Below, in pieces: positions 1 through 11,700 of a DNA stretch of 47,374 nucleotides (the first letter of the stretch is position 1; every line of letters begins with the position of its first letter). The DNA is taken from the IMG/VR virus record IMGVR_UViG_3300030329_001639, positions 1-47,374 of that record; one strand, given 5' to 3'. The DNA comes from a virus. Lineage: Duplodnaviria; Caudoviricetes. The translations under genes were made by a program, and so were the position numbers. The notes under the pieces are model-generated. The model did not search any database. It saw only the letters and a list, made by a program, of their open reading frames with translations, and was not told the origin of the DNA.

Positions 1-600
1 ACTGGTGAAAAGATTGAAGGCAATAATACAGACATTACAGTAACGTCTGGTGCAGATATTAATCTGACAGCAACTTCAGATGTGAACATTCCTTCTGGGG
101 TTGGTGTTACGTTTGGTAATGATGGTGAAAAGATTGAGGGTGATGGCACAGATTTAACGATCTCTGGTAATAACATTAATCTTACTGCCACGGCAGATGT
201 AAACATTCCTAGTGGTGTAGGAGTAACCTTTGCTACTGCGGAGAAGATTGAATCAGACGGTACAGATCTTTCTATAACTGTAGGCTCCGGTGGTGACATT
301 AATATTCCAGCAGATATTGGTGTCACATTCGGTAATGACGGGGAAAAGATCGAAGGCGATGGTACTGACTTAACAATCAGTGGCAACAATATCAATCTAA
401 CTGCTACAGCGGATGTAAACATTCCAAGTGGCGTAGGGTTGACGTTTGCTACTGGTGAGAAACTAGAGTCCGATGGCACCGATCTTTCAATCACAGTAGG
501 ATCTAATGGTGATATTAATATCCCGGCAGACATTGGTCTAACCTTTGGCGATGACGGAGAGAAGATTGAGGGCGATGGAACAGACTTAACAATTTCTGCT
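1..600 (+). repeat. Coding tandem repeats in the tail fibre (alternating ~39-aa and ~33-aa units)
   Basis: NIPxxVGxTF...EKIExDGTDL recurs at least six times, with synonymous divergence in the DNA. Confidence 0.85.
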
Positions 601-2937
601 TCTGCTCTAGCGAATATTGATGCTGGCACAGACATTGTTCTTGATGCTGGTGGTGGAGATATTTTCTTCAAAGATGACGGGACTACGTTTGGTAGTGCTA
701 CCAACACCAGTGGTGATCTAATCATCAAGTCAGGCACTACTACAGCTATGACGTTTAGTGGTGCGAATGTTACCTTTGCTGGCACAGTTACAATTGGTAG
801 TGCTGGTATCAGTGAAGCAGAACTAGAAATTCTAGATGGTGCTGAGGTAACAACTGCGGAATTAAACTTAATCGATGGTGATACTGCACGAGGCACTACA
901 GCAGTAGCAAGTGGCGACGGTATCTTAATCAACGATGCTGGCACCATGCGTATGACGAATGTGGATACGGTATCAACGTATTTTGCAAGTCATAATGTTG
1001 GTGGTAGTAACATTGTTACAACTGGCGCACTGGATAGTGGTTCAATAACTTCTGGTTTTGGAGCTATTGATAATGGTACATCTGGAATACGAACCGATAC
1101 CTTTACTGCAGAAACTTCTATCGTACCTGATGCTTCCGATGGAGCAACAATAGGTTCAGCTTCGCTTGAGTGGTCGGATTTGTACCTTGCAGATGAAGCG
1201 GTTGTTTACTTCGGTGATGACCAAGAGATTAAACTTTCTCATGTACAGGATACGGGTCTTACTTTAAAGCACACTGCAACGGCAGACGATAAGCCTGTTT
1301 CTCTTACTCTACAAACAGGTGAGACAGATATTGCTGCTAATGATGTTATTGGTAAGCTCGACTTCCAAGCTCCTGATGAAGCTCAAGGCACAGATGCAAT
1401 TCTAGTAGCCGCTGGTATTGAGGCTGTATCTGAAGGAGACTTTAGTTCTTCTAACAATGCCACGAAACTAAGCTTTAAGACTGCTGCTTCGGAAGCTGCT
1501 GCAGAAAAGATGTCACTATCATCGACCGGTAATCTTACCGTGTCTGGTGATCTTACGATCTCTGGTGATGATCTCTTTATGGGAACAAATACCAGTGGGC
1601 ATATTCTAGTAGCCGATGGTACAAACTATAATCCTGTAGCTGTGTCAGGGGATATTAGTCTTTCCAATACAGGTGCGGCAGCAATTGCTTCTGGTGTGAT
1701 TGTTAATGCTGATATTAATGCGTCAGCAGCGATTGCAGACAGTAAACTTGATACTCTTACTACGGCAAATAAAGTTGGTCTAGCGGCTCTCGACATTGAT
1801 GGTGGAACAGACATTGGTGAAGCAATTGTAGATGCAGATTTATTTATTATTGATAATGGGGCAGGAGGAACCAATAGAAAGGTTGCTGCTTCTAGAATTA
1901 AAACTTATGCCGGTGGAGCAGTTACAGCACTTAATAATGCAACAGCAAACGAGTTAGTAACGGTTGGCTCTACTACTACAGAGCTTGATGCAGAATCTAA
2001 TCTTATATTTGATGGAAATATCCTGTATGTGGGTGATTCAGCAAATGGAGACATGACGACAGGTCTTACGATTAACCAAGCTGGAGCAGATAATGATATT
2101 TTAACATTCAAATCATCTGATGTAGGTCATGGAAAGACTAGCCACGGTGAGACAGATACATGGTTTAAGATTATGAAGCAGCAAACCTATGGTGGTGCCC
2201 ATTTCCGTTCTTTAGGGAACAATACTGGGTCTAATTCAGATCTATTTAAATTCCGAATATACGGTGCGTCTACTTATGTAACTACAAAAACTGGTGGTAA
2301 TTGGGATGCTTCATTTTCGATTGACTCCTTTGGACATGATGGCAGTGATACTTTAACTGATGCGACAGCAAATGGAAACATATTCTCAATAAGATGTCAC
2401 AAGGGCGGTGGCGCTGCTTATATTTTTGGTATTGATGAAGATGGAGATATTTTCCAAGATGGCTCCACGAATAATGCATTTGATGCATGGGACGATGCGG
2501 CATTACTGCGGAGTTTACAGCTTCAGCAAACTGAAGACCATAAGGGTCGGAATACACTTAGCTTAGATAAACAAATTATAGAATCCAGATTTGATGGAAA
2601 TCGATATACAAAAGCGCATCTTGAGCAAGCTAAATTAATTGAGGTAGTTGCTGATGAAGAGTGGAATAAGGGAGAAAACCATCGAAGCCTTATTAATGAA
2701 ACGGTTAGAGGGTATGTCCAGACAGGTGCTATTTGGCAGAACCATGAAATGATTGATGCACTCATGGAAGCATTAGAAGCCGCATTGAAAGCAGCGGGTG
2801 TTGATGATTTCCAAGCAGATTATGTGAAACCTAAGTTTGTAGAACGAGGACTACCAACACAAATTCTCGATTGGACAGGTCCAGTTCCGTCAAGTATTAC
2901 GGTTCCTGACGTTGCACCGAAAGCATTTAACGCATAA
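1..2937 (+). CDS. Tail fibre / receptor-binding protein (5' truncated)
   Basis: Frame is open from base 1. Gly/Thr/Asp-rich with tandem GEKIE(G/S)DGTDL repeats, a divergent distal domain and a helical C-terminus. Lies upstream of the internal virion genes. Confidence 0.8.
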   Translation, partial: TGEKIEGNNTDITVTSGADINLTATSDVNIPSGVGVTFGNDGEKIEGDGTDLTISGNNINLTATADVNIPSGVGVTFATAEKIESDGTDLSITVGSGGDINIPADIGVTFGNDGEKIEGDGTDLTISGNNINLTATADVNIPSGVGLTFATGEKLESDGTDLSITVGSNGDINIPADIGLTFGDDGEKIEGDGTDLTISASALANIDAGTDIVLDAGGGDIFFKDDGTTFGSATNTSGDLIIKSGTTTAMTFSGANVTFAGTVTIGSAGISEAELEILDGAEVTTAELNLIDGDTARGTTAVASGDGILINDAGTMRMTNVDTVSTYFASHNVGGSNIVTTGALDSGSITSGFGAIDNGTSGIRTDTFTAETSIVPDASDGATIGSASLEWSDLYLADEAVVYFGDDQEIKLSHVQDTGLTLKHTATADDKPVSLTLQTGETDIAANDVIGKLDFQAPDEAQGTDAILVAAGIEAVSEGDFSSSNNATKLSFKTAASEAAAEKMSLSSTGNLTVSGDLTISGDDLFMGTNTSGHILVADGTNYNPVAVSGDISLSNTGAAAIASGVIVNADINASAAIADSKLDTLTTANKVGLAALDIDGGTDIGEAIVDADLFIIDNGAGGTNRKVAASRIKTYAGGAVTALNNATANELVTVGSTTTELDAESNLIFDGNILYVGDSANGDMTTGLTINQAGADNDILTFKSSDVGHGKTSHGETDTWFKIMKQQTYGGAHFRSLGNNTGSNSDLFKFRIYGASTYVTTKTGGNWDASFSIDSFGHDGSDTLTDATANGNIFSIRCHKGGGAAYIFGIDEDGDIFQDGSTNNAFDAWDDAALLRSLQLQQTEDHKGRNTLSLDKQIIESRFDGNRYTKAHLEQAKLIEVVADEEWNKGENHRSLINETVRGYVQTGAIWQNHEMIDALMEALEAALKAAGVDDFQADYVKPKFVERGLPTQILDWTGPVPSSITVPDVAPKAFNA

Positions 2938-2992
2938 GCAAAATTATATAAGATTACATCGCACATGGGGAACTTAATAAAAGGAAATTATT

Positions 2993-3154
2993 ATGGAAGC
3001 CGATATTAGAGATGTTTTAGTTGTAATAATGCAGCAAAGAAATGATGCATTAAATAAAGTAGCAGAGCTTACAGCACAAAATATAGTAATGCAAAAGACG
3101 TTAAAGGCTCTTGAAACTTCGGAAGAAACAACCGAAGAAGTTGTAGATAAATAA
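2993..3154 (+). CDS. 53-aa coiled-coil protein, possibly a tail-fibre chaperone (not in ORF track)
   Basis: AAGGA RBS upstream. Translates to MEADIRDVLVVIMQQRNDALNKVAELTAQ...VVDK and fills the gap between two genes. Confidence 0.7.
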   Translation: MEADIRDVLVVIMQQRNDALNKVAELTAQNIVMQKTLKALETSEETTEEVVDK

Positions 3155-3166
3155 AAAGGAAGTCTA

Positions 3167-5347
3167 ATGGCAGTACCGAATAATGTTTTTACGGGATATA
3201 GCCCCACTCAGCTACGAAAACTAGCACAGAGCTATGGTTACAATGAAGCTAACCTTGATGGCTTTGGCAAGTTTTTGGAAGAGAATCCCGCAAGAGCAAA
3301 ACAGTATTTTGATCAGCAAAATATGGATATGTTTGGTGCTGAACGGATGCAACAGTTTCAGCAAGGGGGTTTAACTACACAGGGTGTAGGTCAGCAAAAT
3401 AGGGACTCCCGCAATCCATATGGGTTTACTGGTCCTAAAGGGATGACAACACAGGCACTTGTTCCTTATTATAATCAAAAAACAGGTGAAAGGTGGACTG
3501 CTCCATCTGGAGGATGGTCACCTCCAAGTGCAGACTGGACTACAGACGCCTATGGTAGTGCAGGGCCTGTGAGGGCAGAGATGGGATTCCCTTCTCCTCA
3601 AGCGGGACAATCGGTTCCAACTCCGTTTCCCCAAATGCCTATGAGTGTACCTAACCAAATGGCTCCTGACGTTCCGCAAATAGGTGGGGCAACTGCTGCA
3701 CGAGTGCAAAATCCTCAACTTCCAGTTGGAGCAGCATTTCAATCAGCGATGACTCCCTTTGAACAAGCACAGTTGATGGGTCAACAAACTGGGCAACTTT
3801 CGGCTGCTGCGCCACAGGTTACTCAAGCGGCGCAAGTTACGGCAGCACAAGCAGCCGCACCTACTGTTTCTGATGCACAAACAATGACTGCAGTCGAAGC
3901 GGCTCCGTCTGTACAGAATGTAGCCTTACAAGCTGCCCAGCAACAAGCCCCTTCACAGCTTATTGAAGCGGCTCAACAGACGGAAACAAATGTTGCGAAT
4001 CTACAGGCGGCTCAATTAGGACAAGCAGTAGAGGTTCAATCTCCAGCAAAACGTGCGTTGGAGACAGGAGAACTTGTATCTTCAGCCGTAGGACAAGCAG
4101 CACAAGCGGCTACGTTTGTTGAACAAGCTGCGGATGCAGCTACAGCTACACCTACGGCATCAGCTACCGTTCAAGGACAACTTGCGGGGTTGATGCAACA
4201 GTTTGAAGATGATGCAGAAACTCCGGTGTGGGCAAGAGGTGCTATCCGAATAGCTCAACAGGAAATGGCAAAACGTGGATTGGGGGCCAGTAGTATGGCT
4301 GGTCAAGCCATGGTAGATGCGGCTATGGAACGAGCGATTTCAATAGCGCAGATTGATGCACAAGTTATTGCAGGCTTTGAAAAACAAAATTTAAGCAATC
4401 GGCAACAGATGGCTACTTTGAAAGCTCAGTACCGTGCGTCGTTTATGAATCAGGAGTTTGATCAAGCGTTTAAAACAAGAGTACAAAATGCGGCTCGTAT
4501 ATCGGACATTGCAGATAGAAACTTTACTGCTGAACAGCAAGTTGCTCTTGAAAACTCCAAGCTTGCACAAACAGTAGATTTAGAAAATTTAAGAAATCAG
4601 CAAGCTCTTGTAATTGCAAATGCTAGTACCTTAGCGAATCTAGAAACAACTAACTTAAATAACAGACAAAAGGCTGCTGTAGAGAATGCTAAAAACTTTT
4701 TACAGATTGATGTAGGCAATTTAAACAATGCACAGCAAGCAGCAACGCTTAGTTATCAGCAATTAACACAGTCGTTGTTGACTGATGCAGCACAAGAGAA
4801 TGCAGCACGAAAGTTAAATGTTACAGAAGCAAATCAAACCGATAGATTTTTTAGTGAGCTTGTTGCCAATATTGGACGATTTAATGCAGAACAAGCTAAT
4901 GTTGTAAATAGGGCTAATGCTGGTGAGCTTAATGCTCTGCAAAGATATAATTCAGAATTGATTAATGGTCGAGAACAATTTAATGCTCGGAATCAATTAG
5001 CGATTGAACAGAGTAACGCGGTATGGCGTAGAGAAATTGCTACTGCTGATACCGCAGCGATTAACTTTCAAAATCAATTTAATGCTCAGAACTTGCTGAA
5101 TATAAGCCAGCGATCTTACGATAACCTGTGGCAAGAGTATAGGGATGTTATGGAGCTTGCATGGCAAACAGGTGAGAATGAATTAAATAGAGTTCAAGCT
5201 TTAGAGTTGGCTGCACTTCAAGCACAAAATGCAGCTAAAGCAGCACAGTATCAAGCAGCTAGAGAAAATACAGAAGCAGTGGGTGGGTTTATTGTAGACA
5301 TGTTTGGACCCGCCATATCCGGTTGGATAGGAGGGTTAGATTTTTAG
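3167..5347 (+). CDS. Putative internal virion (ejection) protein
   Basis: 726 aa, Q/A/N-rich helical sequence with an AKRGLGASSMAG motif, in the position of podovirus core proteins. Confidence 0.65.
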   Translation: MAVPNNVFTGYSPTQLRKLAQSYGYNEANLDGFGKFLEENPARAKQYFDQQNMDMFGAERMQQFQQGGLTTQGVGQQNRDSRNPYGFTGPKGMTTQALVPYYNQKTGERWTAPSGGWSPPSADWTTDAYGSAGPVRAEMGFPSPQAGQSVPTPFPQMPMSVPNQMAPDVPQIGGATAARVQNPQLPVGAAFQSAMTPFEQAQLMGQQTGQLSAAAPQVTQAAQVTAAQAAAPTVSDAQTMTAVEAAPSVQNVALQAAQQQAPSQLIEAAQQTETNVANLQAAQLGQAVEVQSPAKRALETGELVSSAVGQAAQAATFVEQAADAATATPTASATVQGQLAGLMQQFEDDAETPVWARGAIRIAQQEMAKRGLGASSMAGQAMVDAAMERAISIAQIDAQVIAGFEKQNLSNRQQMATLKAQYRASFMNQEFDQAFKTRVQNAARISDIADRNFTAEQQVALENSKLAQTVDLENLRNQQALVIANASTLANLETTNLNNRQKAAVENAKNFLQIDVGNLNNAQQAATLSYQQLTQSLLTDAAQENAARKLNVTEANQTDRFFSELVANIGRFNAEQANVVNRANAGELNALQRYNSELINGREQFNARNQLAIEQSNAVWRREIATADTAAINFQNQFNAQNLLNISQRSYDNLWQEYRDVMELAWQTGENELNRVQALELAALQAQNAAKAAQYQAARENTEAVGGFIVDMFGPAISGWIGGLDF

Positions 5348-5349
5348 CA

Positions 5350-5775
5350 ATGGATGACAGCTTAACTGCTTTGGCAGTAAAACACATTATATCAAAAAGG
5401 TTTGCTTCTGGTGGGTTGGTGACAGAGGAAGCGCCCTCCATTGAGGACTCTGGAAAAATCACAGAAGAGGATCTTGAGGGCTTTTACGCTGCGGTAAAAG
5501 AACAAACCAATATTCCTAAAAAACAAGCTAAGGCTTATAGAGAAACGCCTGACGCAAAAATACCGGATTACGTTCGAGCAGAACTACAACGTATTGAACG
5601 AAGCTTAGTGCGAGAGCCTTATGAATTACGCGCAGAACTTAAAGAAAAACGTGGGATAATGCATAGCCAGAAACCAAAAGTTCAGGCTTCTCCATATGAT
5701 CCAGAACCCGCACAAACACCTTCTGAAACATACGTTAAGCTTATTCGTTCTGCGCTGAAAGAGTATAGGAAATAA
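5350..5775 (+). CDS. Hypothetical virion-associated protein
   Basis: ATG just after the upstream stop. Contains FASGGLV. Confidence 0.55.
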   Translation: MDDSLTALAVKHIISKRFASGGLVTEEAPSIEDSGKITEEDLEGFYAAVKEQTNIPKKQAKAYRETPDAKIPDYVRAELQRIERSLVREPYELRAELKEKRGIMHSQKPKVQASPYDPEPAQTPSETYVKLIRSALKEYRK

Positions 5776-5781
5776 AGAACT

Positions 5782-6288
5782 ATGGATTTTGAATCAATGC
5801 AATTACAAGCGCCTATACCCGGCATGTCTTTAACGACAGAACCCAAAGGTCGGCCTTGGGAACGTCCGGCTCAATACAGTACGCCGGAAGAAGTTCTAGA
5901 GTTTTATGTAACACAACTTTCTGAACCTAATCGAGTTCGACAAGTGTTAGGACTTCTTGAGAATGGGTATCCCGCTACTTCATTAGTTGACAGTATTATT
6001 TTAACGGGAACTATGGAAGGTGTGCATTCATTAGATGTAGCAATTATTGTGGCCCCGGCATTATTTGAATTGATAACAGGCATGGCTGATTCAGTTGATA
6101 TAAAATATGAGAATGGAATAACAGAGAAAAATCCATTAGCCGATCTATCATTGGTACATCGTGCTATGAAAATGCCAGAAGCGCAAGAGTTAGCAGAAGA
6201 ACTTGAAGAAGAGGATATGGCTCAGATTGAGGAAGCTACAAGTTTGATGTCAAAGCCTGTGACTCTAACAGATGAGGACGAAGAATAA
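5782..6288 (+). CDS. Conserved virion-module protein
   Basis: APIPGMSLTxEPxxRPWERP motif, recalled from marine podovirus virion modules, and an acidic tail. Confidence 0.65.
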   Translation: MDFESMQLQAPIPGMSLTTEPKGRPWERPAQYSTPEEVLEFYVTQLSEPNRVRQVLGLLENGYPATSLVDSIILTGTMEGVHSLDVAIIVAPALFELITGMADSVDIKYENGITEKNPLADLSLVHRAMKMPEAQELAEELEEEDMAQIEEATSLMSKPVTLTDEDEE

Positions 6289-8768
6289 TGGTAAGTTTTT
6301 TAGCAGGTACGTTTGGTTCTCTTTTAGCAGGAGGGGCTAAAGCAGCATCAAGGCAGCTTGAAGAAAGACGGGGACTTAACGAGCAGTTAATTACCGCTCA
6401 AACAAATAATATGTTGCGGAATGCATCACAAGTATTTAATGAAAATCGGGATCTAGAAAAAAAGTATCGAGAGAGATTCGGTTTTATTCAGGATAGAGGT
6501 TTGGCAATGACTAATGCCCAAGCTGCTGCTTTAATTCGGCAAGGCGATAATGAATGGGCTAATTTTACAAAAAACGTACAAGAACAAATCGATACTGCAG
6601 GACCGACTGATTTTACCTCATTATTGTTTAAGGACGGTGTTGCAGAAGCACAAGCCTTAGATCAAGACTTAATCATTAGTAATTTGATTGATGGTAATCC
6701 GTCTTTAACAGCGGCGTTTACTCCAGCAGATTCCGAGCAAGTAAAAACGGGATTAAAACAATCGTTCATGGAGGCGGGAGCAATTAAGGCGGGACCAGAG
6801 TTTTTAGCAGCACATGCGGCTCAACGTGCGGAAGCAGTGGCCCCAGAATTGTTTGCTACACGCGATGTTACACCATTAGATCCCCTTCAAGGTACTTTTG
6901 TTGGATTGCCCAGTGCGGTGGCAAGACAAGAGGCGGAAGTTAGACAATCAGATCTGGACACGGCTGCAGCAAACCGTGAGTTGATAGCACAAAACCTTCT
7001 TAAAACAGAACAAGACATGTTAGAATCACAGCGGGCTATGGAAGTTCAAGCTGCAAATATTGCAAGGCTAAAGGCTGATACGGATAGAACGAAAGCACTA
7101 GCAGCGACAGAAGCGCGTCAAGACGAGTACAATATGGCACCTGTTGATTCTGTTAGGGTTCAGCAATGGACGAACCTTGGTTTTTTCGCGGGTGTTGATT
7201 TTCAGAATGTGACGAACGAGCGGTTTGATCAAATGACTGACGCTGTCTCGGAAACTTCAAAAGTTGTAGAGCGTATGGGGACTGATCAAGTTAATATATT
7301 TGCGGGTGATGCAATAGTTAATCTTGCAACCGATGCTCAGGACAGGTCAGTAACCAACTATAGGGGAACTGTTCTTAATGAAACCCTTAATGGTGCAACA
7401 AGAAGTAGTGTTGATAGTCGTACCAATCAAGTGGCTGCCAAAGTATATGCTAGCTTAGGTGTGTCTGCCGACACTGCAGAAGCTAAAAATGCAGCGGCAG
7501 AGAATGTAGCAGGAGCAATATCCTTAGTAACTGCAGCGGTATATCCTATTGTTGTGTATGAAACAGCTATAGAACAGAGGTTGACAAGTAAAGCTGATAT
7601 GACTGTTCAAGATGTAATCAATGCAGGAGCAGAACTTGAGGATCTTGCAAAGATTCCGGGTTTAGAAACTTTGACTGCTAACTTTACAAGTACAGACGAA
7701 TTAGGTTCAGAGCTTTTAAACTCTACTCCTGAAGGATTAAAAGCAGGAAACGTAGTGTTTGATCCTGTTGATAGTAAATTCCGTTCTCTAGCCATGCTTC
7801 GTGAAACTACACAAGCGCAGTATGACGACGAAGGGAATCAGGTTGCGGAGCTTGGTATCCCGCGTGATCCAGTTTGGGGAGAGGGCGAAGGTAACTCAGG
7901 TCTTGTTCCCACTCCTGCATTACTCGGTAAACTTCGAGCTATCATTAATAGCGGAAATGTTGAAATTACTAGCGATCAGATGGCTACATGGTTCGAGGGG
8001 CGAACATGGATAGGGCAAGATTTATCTACGGATGACGCTCTGTTTAGTGCCATGATGACACCAGCCGCTACAACAGAAGAGATAGTAGAAGTTATACCAA
8101 ACGAAGAAGAAGCACAGGGGCCGTTTACAGGATTTAGGATTGCGTCGGAACTCACTAATCGGGAAAACATAGACAGTTTTAATTTAAACACTGGAGTACA
8201 AGAATCCATAGAAGTTCTACCACAAGAGGACGCACAAGTACTTGATCAGAGATTAAGACGTTTGTCCCGACTATTTGATGCTTCATACATAGCGCCAGTA
8301 ACTTTAGATTTAGATGAAATACCGGAAACGGTTACAGAGGCCCAACGAAGCAATTTCTTAAAACTATATCAAACTCGTATTAATGAAGGTGTGGACTCAG
8401 ATCAAGCTTTTCTACAGTTAGCACGTCAGTTGCAATTTGAAGGATCTAAGGACGAAGATACATTAGCCAAACGGGATTTTGCCTTTACAACAGGCGCTAT
8501 TGAGGATGCTTCTAACAAGGTAGTGTCCCTTATACAACAAAACTTAACGTATGATAAAGATCAGCAGGCTATTAGAAGGAGACGTACCGGATTGGCAAGT
8601 CCTCTAAACCCATTTACGGATAATGAGTTAGTAAATATATTTACAACATTAGGTCAATTACGCGGGAATGAAAACTTATTTATAACGAATGGCAGTCTTG
8701 ATAACGAAAACATATTAAGATTTTTTCCAATTTTAAAAGACAACCCTGATATAACTGTTCTTAGATAA
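6288..8768 (+). CDS. Putative internal virion protein
   Basis: 826 aa with an amphipathic Gly-rich N-terminus (SFLAGTFGSLLAGGAKA). Coupled to the upstream stop (TAATG). Confidence 0.6.
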   Translation: MVSFLAGTFGSLLAGGAKAASRQLEERRGLNEQLITAQTNNMLRNASQVFNENRDLEKKYRERFGFIQDRGLAMTNAQAAALIRQGDNEWANFTKNVQEQIDTAGPTDFTSLLFKDGVAEAQALDQDLIISNLIDGNPSLTAAFTPADSEQVKTGLKQSFMEAGAIKAGPEFLAAHAAQRAEAVAPELFATRDVTPLDPLQGTFVGLPSAVARQEAEVRQSDLDTAAANRELIAQNLLKTEQDMLESQRAMEVQAANIARLKADTDRTKALAATEARQDEYNMAPVDSVRVQQWTNLGFFAGVDFQNVTNERFDQMTDAVSETSKVVERMGTDQVNIFAGDAIVNLATDAQDRSVTNYRGTVLNETLNGATRSSVDSRTNQVAAKVYASLGVSADTAEAKNAAAENVAGAISLVTAAVYPIVVYETAIEQRLTSKADMTVQDVINAGAELEDLAKIPGLETLTANFTSTDELGSELLNSTPEGLKAGNVVFDPVDSKFRSLAMLRETTQAQYDDEGNQVAELGIPRDPVWGEGEGNSGLVPTPALLGKLRAIINSGNVEITSDQMATWFEGRTWIGQDLSTDDALFSAMMTPAATTEEIVEVIPNEEEAQGPFTGFRIASELTNRENIDSFNLNTGVQESIEVLPQEDAQVLDQRLRRLSRLFDASYIAPVTLDLDEIPETVTEAQRSNFLKLYQTRINEGVDSDQAFLQLARQLQFEGSKDEDTLAKRDFAFTTGAIEDASNKVVSLIQQNLTYDKDQQAIRRRRTGLASPLNPFTDNELVNIFTTLGQLRGNENLFITNGSLDNENILRFFPILKDNPDITVLR

Positions 8769-8771
8769 TAC

Positions 8772-11700
8772 ATGAAAAATTATTTTGCAAACCAAACTTT
8801 AAGTCGAGATCGTCTGATTGATGACTCTGATTTTATCCGCGATGCTTCTCAGTTTTTAAAAGCTCGTACTGGTAAAGAGTATGATGACGATGAAGAATTG
8901 TTTGAAGCCTTTGTAGAACACATGCGAATTGGTTCTGTAAGTGAAATTACAGCAATTAAAGATCGTAACTACATAATGAAGGCGGATCAAGAAAGCAAGG
9001 ATCAAGCAGGGCGTTTGTTCCTTACTTTTGATCGCTTAAAAAAACCTACTAGTGTAGTTGAATTAATCAAAGATTATGGAGAGGGGTTACTACGAGCACC
9101 TTCTACTTATCTTAGTTTGACTGGTGTTGGTATATTAGGCAAAGGCGCATCTTCTGCTACAACACAAGCAATAACACAAACAGCTAGAGCACTTGCAACC
9201 AAAGGCATTGTAGGCCAGCAAACTAAAAAAGCCGCCGTGCGTGGTGCTGCAATTGAGGGGGCCTTCGGTGCCGTTCAAGGGGGTGCCTTTGATGACGCTC
9301 GCAGACGCACGGGCCGGGAAGAATATAAAGATCGAAACTTAATTTCTGGTGCACTAGGAGGAGCATTATTCGGTGCTATACCGGGAGGTATTGGCGGTGG
9401 ATTACAGGGATTTAAAACTACGAAACAAGAGCTAGCTGCTCTTCAACCAGTACTAAAAGGCCAAGAAGTAAAAGCAGAAAAAATTAAAGCTGGTAACATT
9501 GCTACGGATGAGTTGCTTAAAGACAAAGACGCTTTGGAGCTACAGAATGCTATAGGTAAAATAGAACATACTGTAGCAGGCCAAAAGGTACAAGGGCTGT
9601 TTAGTAAACAAGTCCAACAAGATCCAATTCCCGAAAGATTGACTGAACCCGGTAGACGGGAAGCTAGAGCGGCTTCGTACACTCTTCCCACGAAAGATGA
9701 TCCTCCCTCTGAAGTCAATGATTTTAGATTGAGTTTGACACCAGAAGTTCTGAAAAATTTAGAAGGTGCCACGATTGATCTTTTAAAATTTCTTGGGGTT
9801 ACTGCAGCCGATGTTCAATCGAATACTCGTATTTCTACGCTTGTAGCGGATGCTTTAATCAACAGAAATAGAATTAAAGAATTTAAAGATTTTATGAAAG
9901 ATAAAGAGCTAGCAGGAGTAGCGGCTCAAAAACAGCGAGAAGGATTATCTTTTGAATACACAGCGACAATACAAAAAATTCAAGACATTCAAGATAAGTA
10001 TGGCATAACAGATCAACAGTTTGGTTATATGTTTGCAGCAGAATTTTCTGATGCTGGTAGAACTCTTGCTACGGCCAAACGAATTAAAGGTGGACTTTTA
10101 AACTCTTTAGCTAGAGAAACAAAAGTCATGGAAAATTTTGGTTTTGTTGATGATGAGTTTGCACAAGCAATTGGAAACGCAAAACAAAATAATAGTCAAG
10201 TTCTGAGAGAGTTTGTTACTAATTTAGACACTACTCGTCGAGGACTAATGACCATACAAATGGCTACTACCATGCGAAATACTCTTGGTGGCGGTGGTCG
10301 TGCTATGCTTTATCTTTTAGATAATATGTTTCAAGGGGGCTTAGAGTTTATTACCCCCGGAGCAACTAAAGAACAACGACAACAAGCTATCGCTCGAATG
10401 GCTTCTGGGTTTCGTGCTTGGAAAACATTAACATGGAATCAAGCTGAAGGTAATGCATTACGCATGTTATTTGCAGAAGAAATGCCAATTGCATTTCGGC
10501 AGTTGTACAGAAAAAACGCAGATGTGCAAGCCGAAATGGGGTTGGGTTCAGGCATGTCGAAGTTTGCTCGTAAATTGAATGTGTTAAATACATATTCAGA
10601 TAACGCTTTTAAACGTGCTATTTTTATGTCTGAGTTACAGACTCAGGTAGGAGGGAAAGGCAAACTTAAAAAGTTAATAGAGGAAGGAAACTTTAGTAAA
10701 TTAGCGAGTCCTGAATATCAAAACGCTCTAGAAAATTCTATTAAAGAAGCAAACTCAACCGTATACCAACGAACGTATAAGGAAAAGATTTTTCGTCCAG
10801 TCCAAGAAGTAGATCCGAAACAAGGTAAAATTCCATTTTTAACTCGTCGTACTTTAGGTATCGGTGGTCGTATGATCGATACCGGACAATATGAACGGAT
10901 TGAAAACTCGGAACTGGCAAGCTCTATGCTTAAGTGGTCAAGTAAACCGTTTGTTACTTGGGCAGTGCCCTTTCCAAAATTTGTAATGAACTCATTGGAG
11001 TTTGTTTATACCCATGCTCCGGTTATTGGTTTAGCAGGACTGGCGGGTACGAAACGAACAAACCCAAAAGTTATAGCTCAACAACTTACTGGTATGAGTA
11101 TGTTGTATGGTGCGTTGCAGTTACGCGCAGCACAAGGACCAGAAGCTAGATGGTATGAAATGTATGATGAAGAAACCAAAAAATATACTAATACATTAGC
11201 CTTATATGGTCCGTTTGCTCCTTACATGATTGCTGCTGATTTGCTTTTGCGTTCTAATTTAAATAAAGAGAATGGAAAGTATAAAGTTAGGGATCTCCTA
11301 ATTAGTGCTGGTCCAGAAGAATACCGCCAAGCAACACGAGAGAATTGGGAGCGAGTTATTAAAGACCCTCTTACCACGGCAGCTTTAACCGATCAAATGT
11401 TTCAAGAATATCTGAGAGGGTTTTTTGGAACAACCTTTAGAACGGGTATTGGTTTCGACTTTTTTGACGAACTTAAAAAAGATTATGAGGCCGCCACAGA
11501 AAAAGGGGAAGATGGTATGTTTAAAACCAGTTTTTCTGCAGCCGGAAATGCTATCGCAAAATTTGGAGGAATGTATGCGAACACGTTCTTAGTTGGTGGT
11601 GGAATGCTACGAGATTTGTTTGCCAATGTTGATCCGCAATACGCCAAAATTCGTGACATTAATTCGGTTAGTGATCCTACTCAAGCGTTCATTGCTCGCT

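Noticed and set aside
1-600. Tandem DNA repeats as a CRISPR array or DGR template/variable pair
   Set aside because: The repeats are in-frame protein repeats with synonymous divergence and no unique spacers. No reverse transcriptase occurs in the window.
1626-2765. Antisense ORFs within the tail fibre, and similar ones inside other long genes
   Set aside because: They fully overlap well-supported genes on the other strand and have no motifs, as expected for codon-bias shadows.
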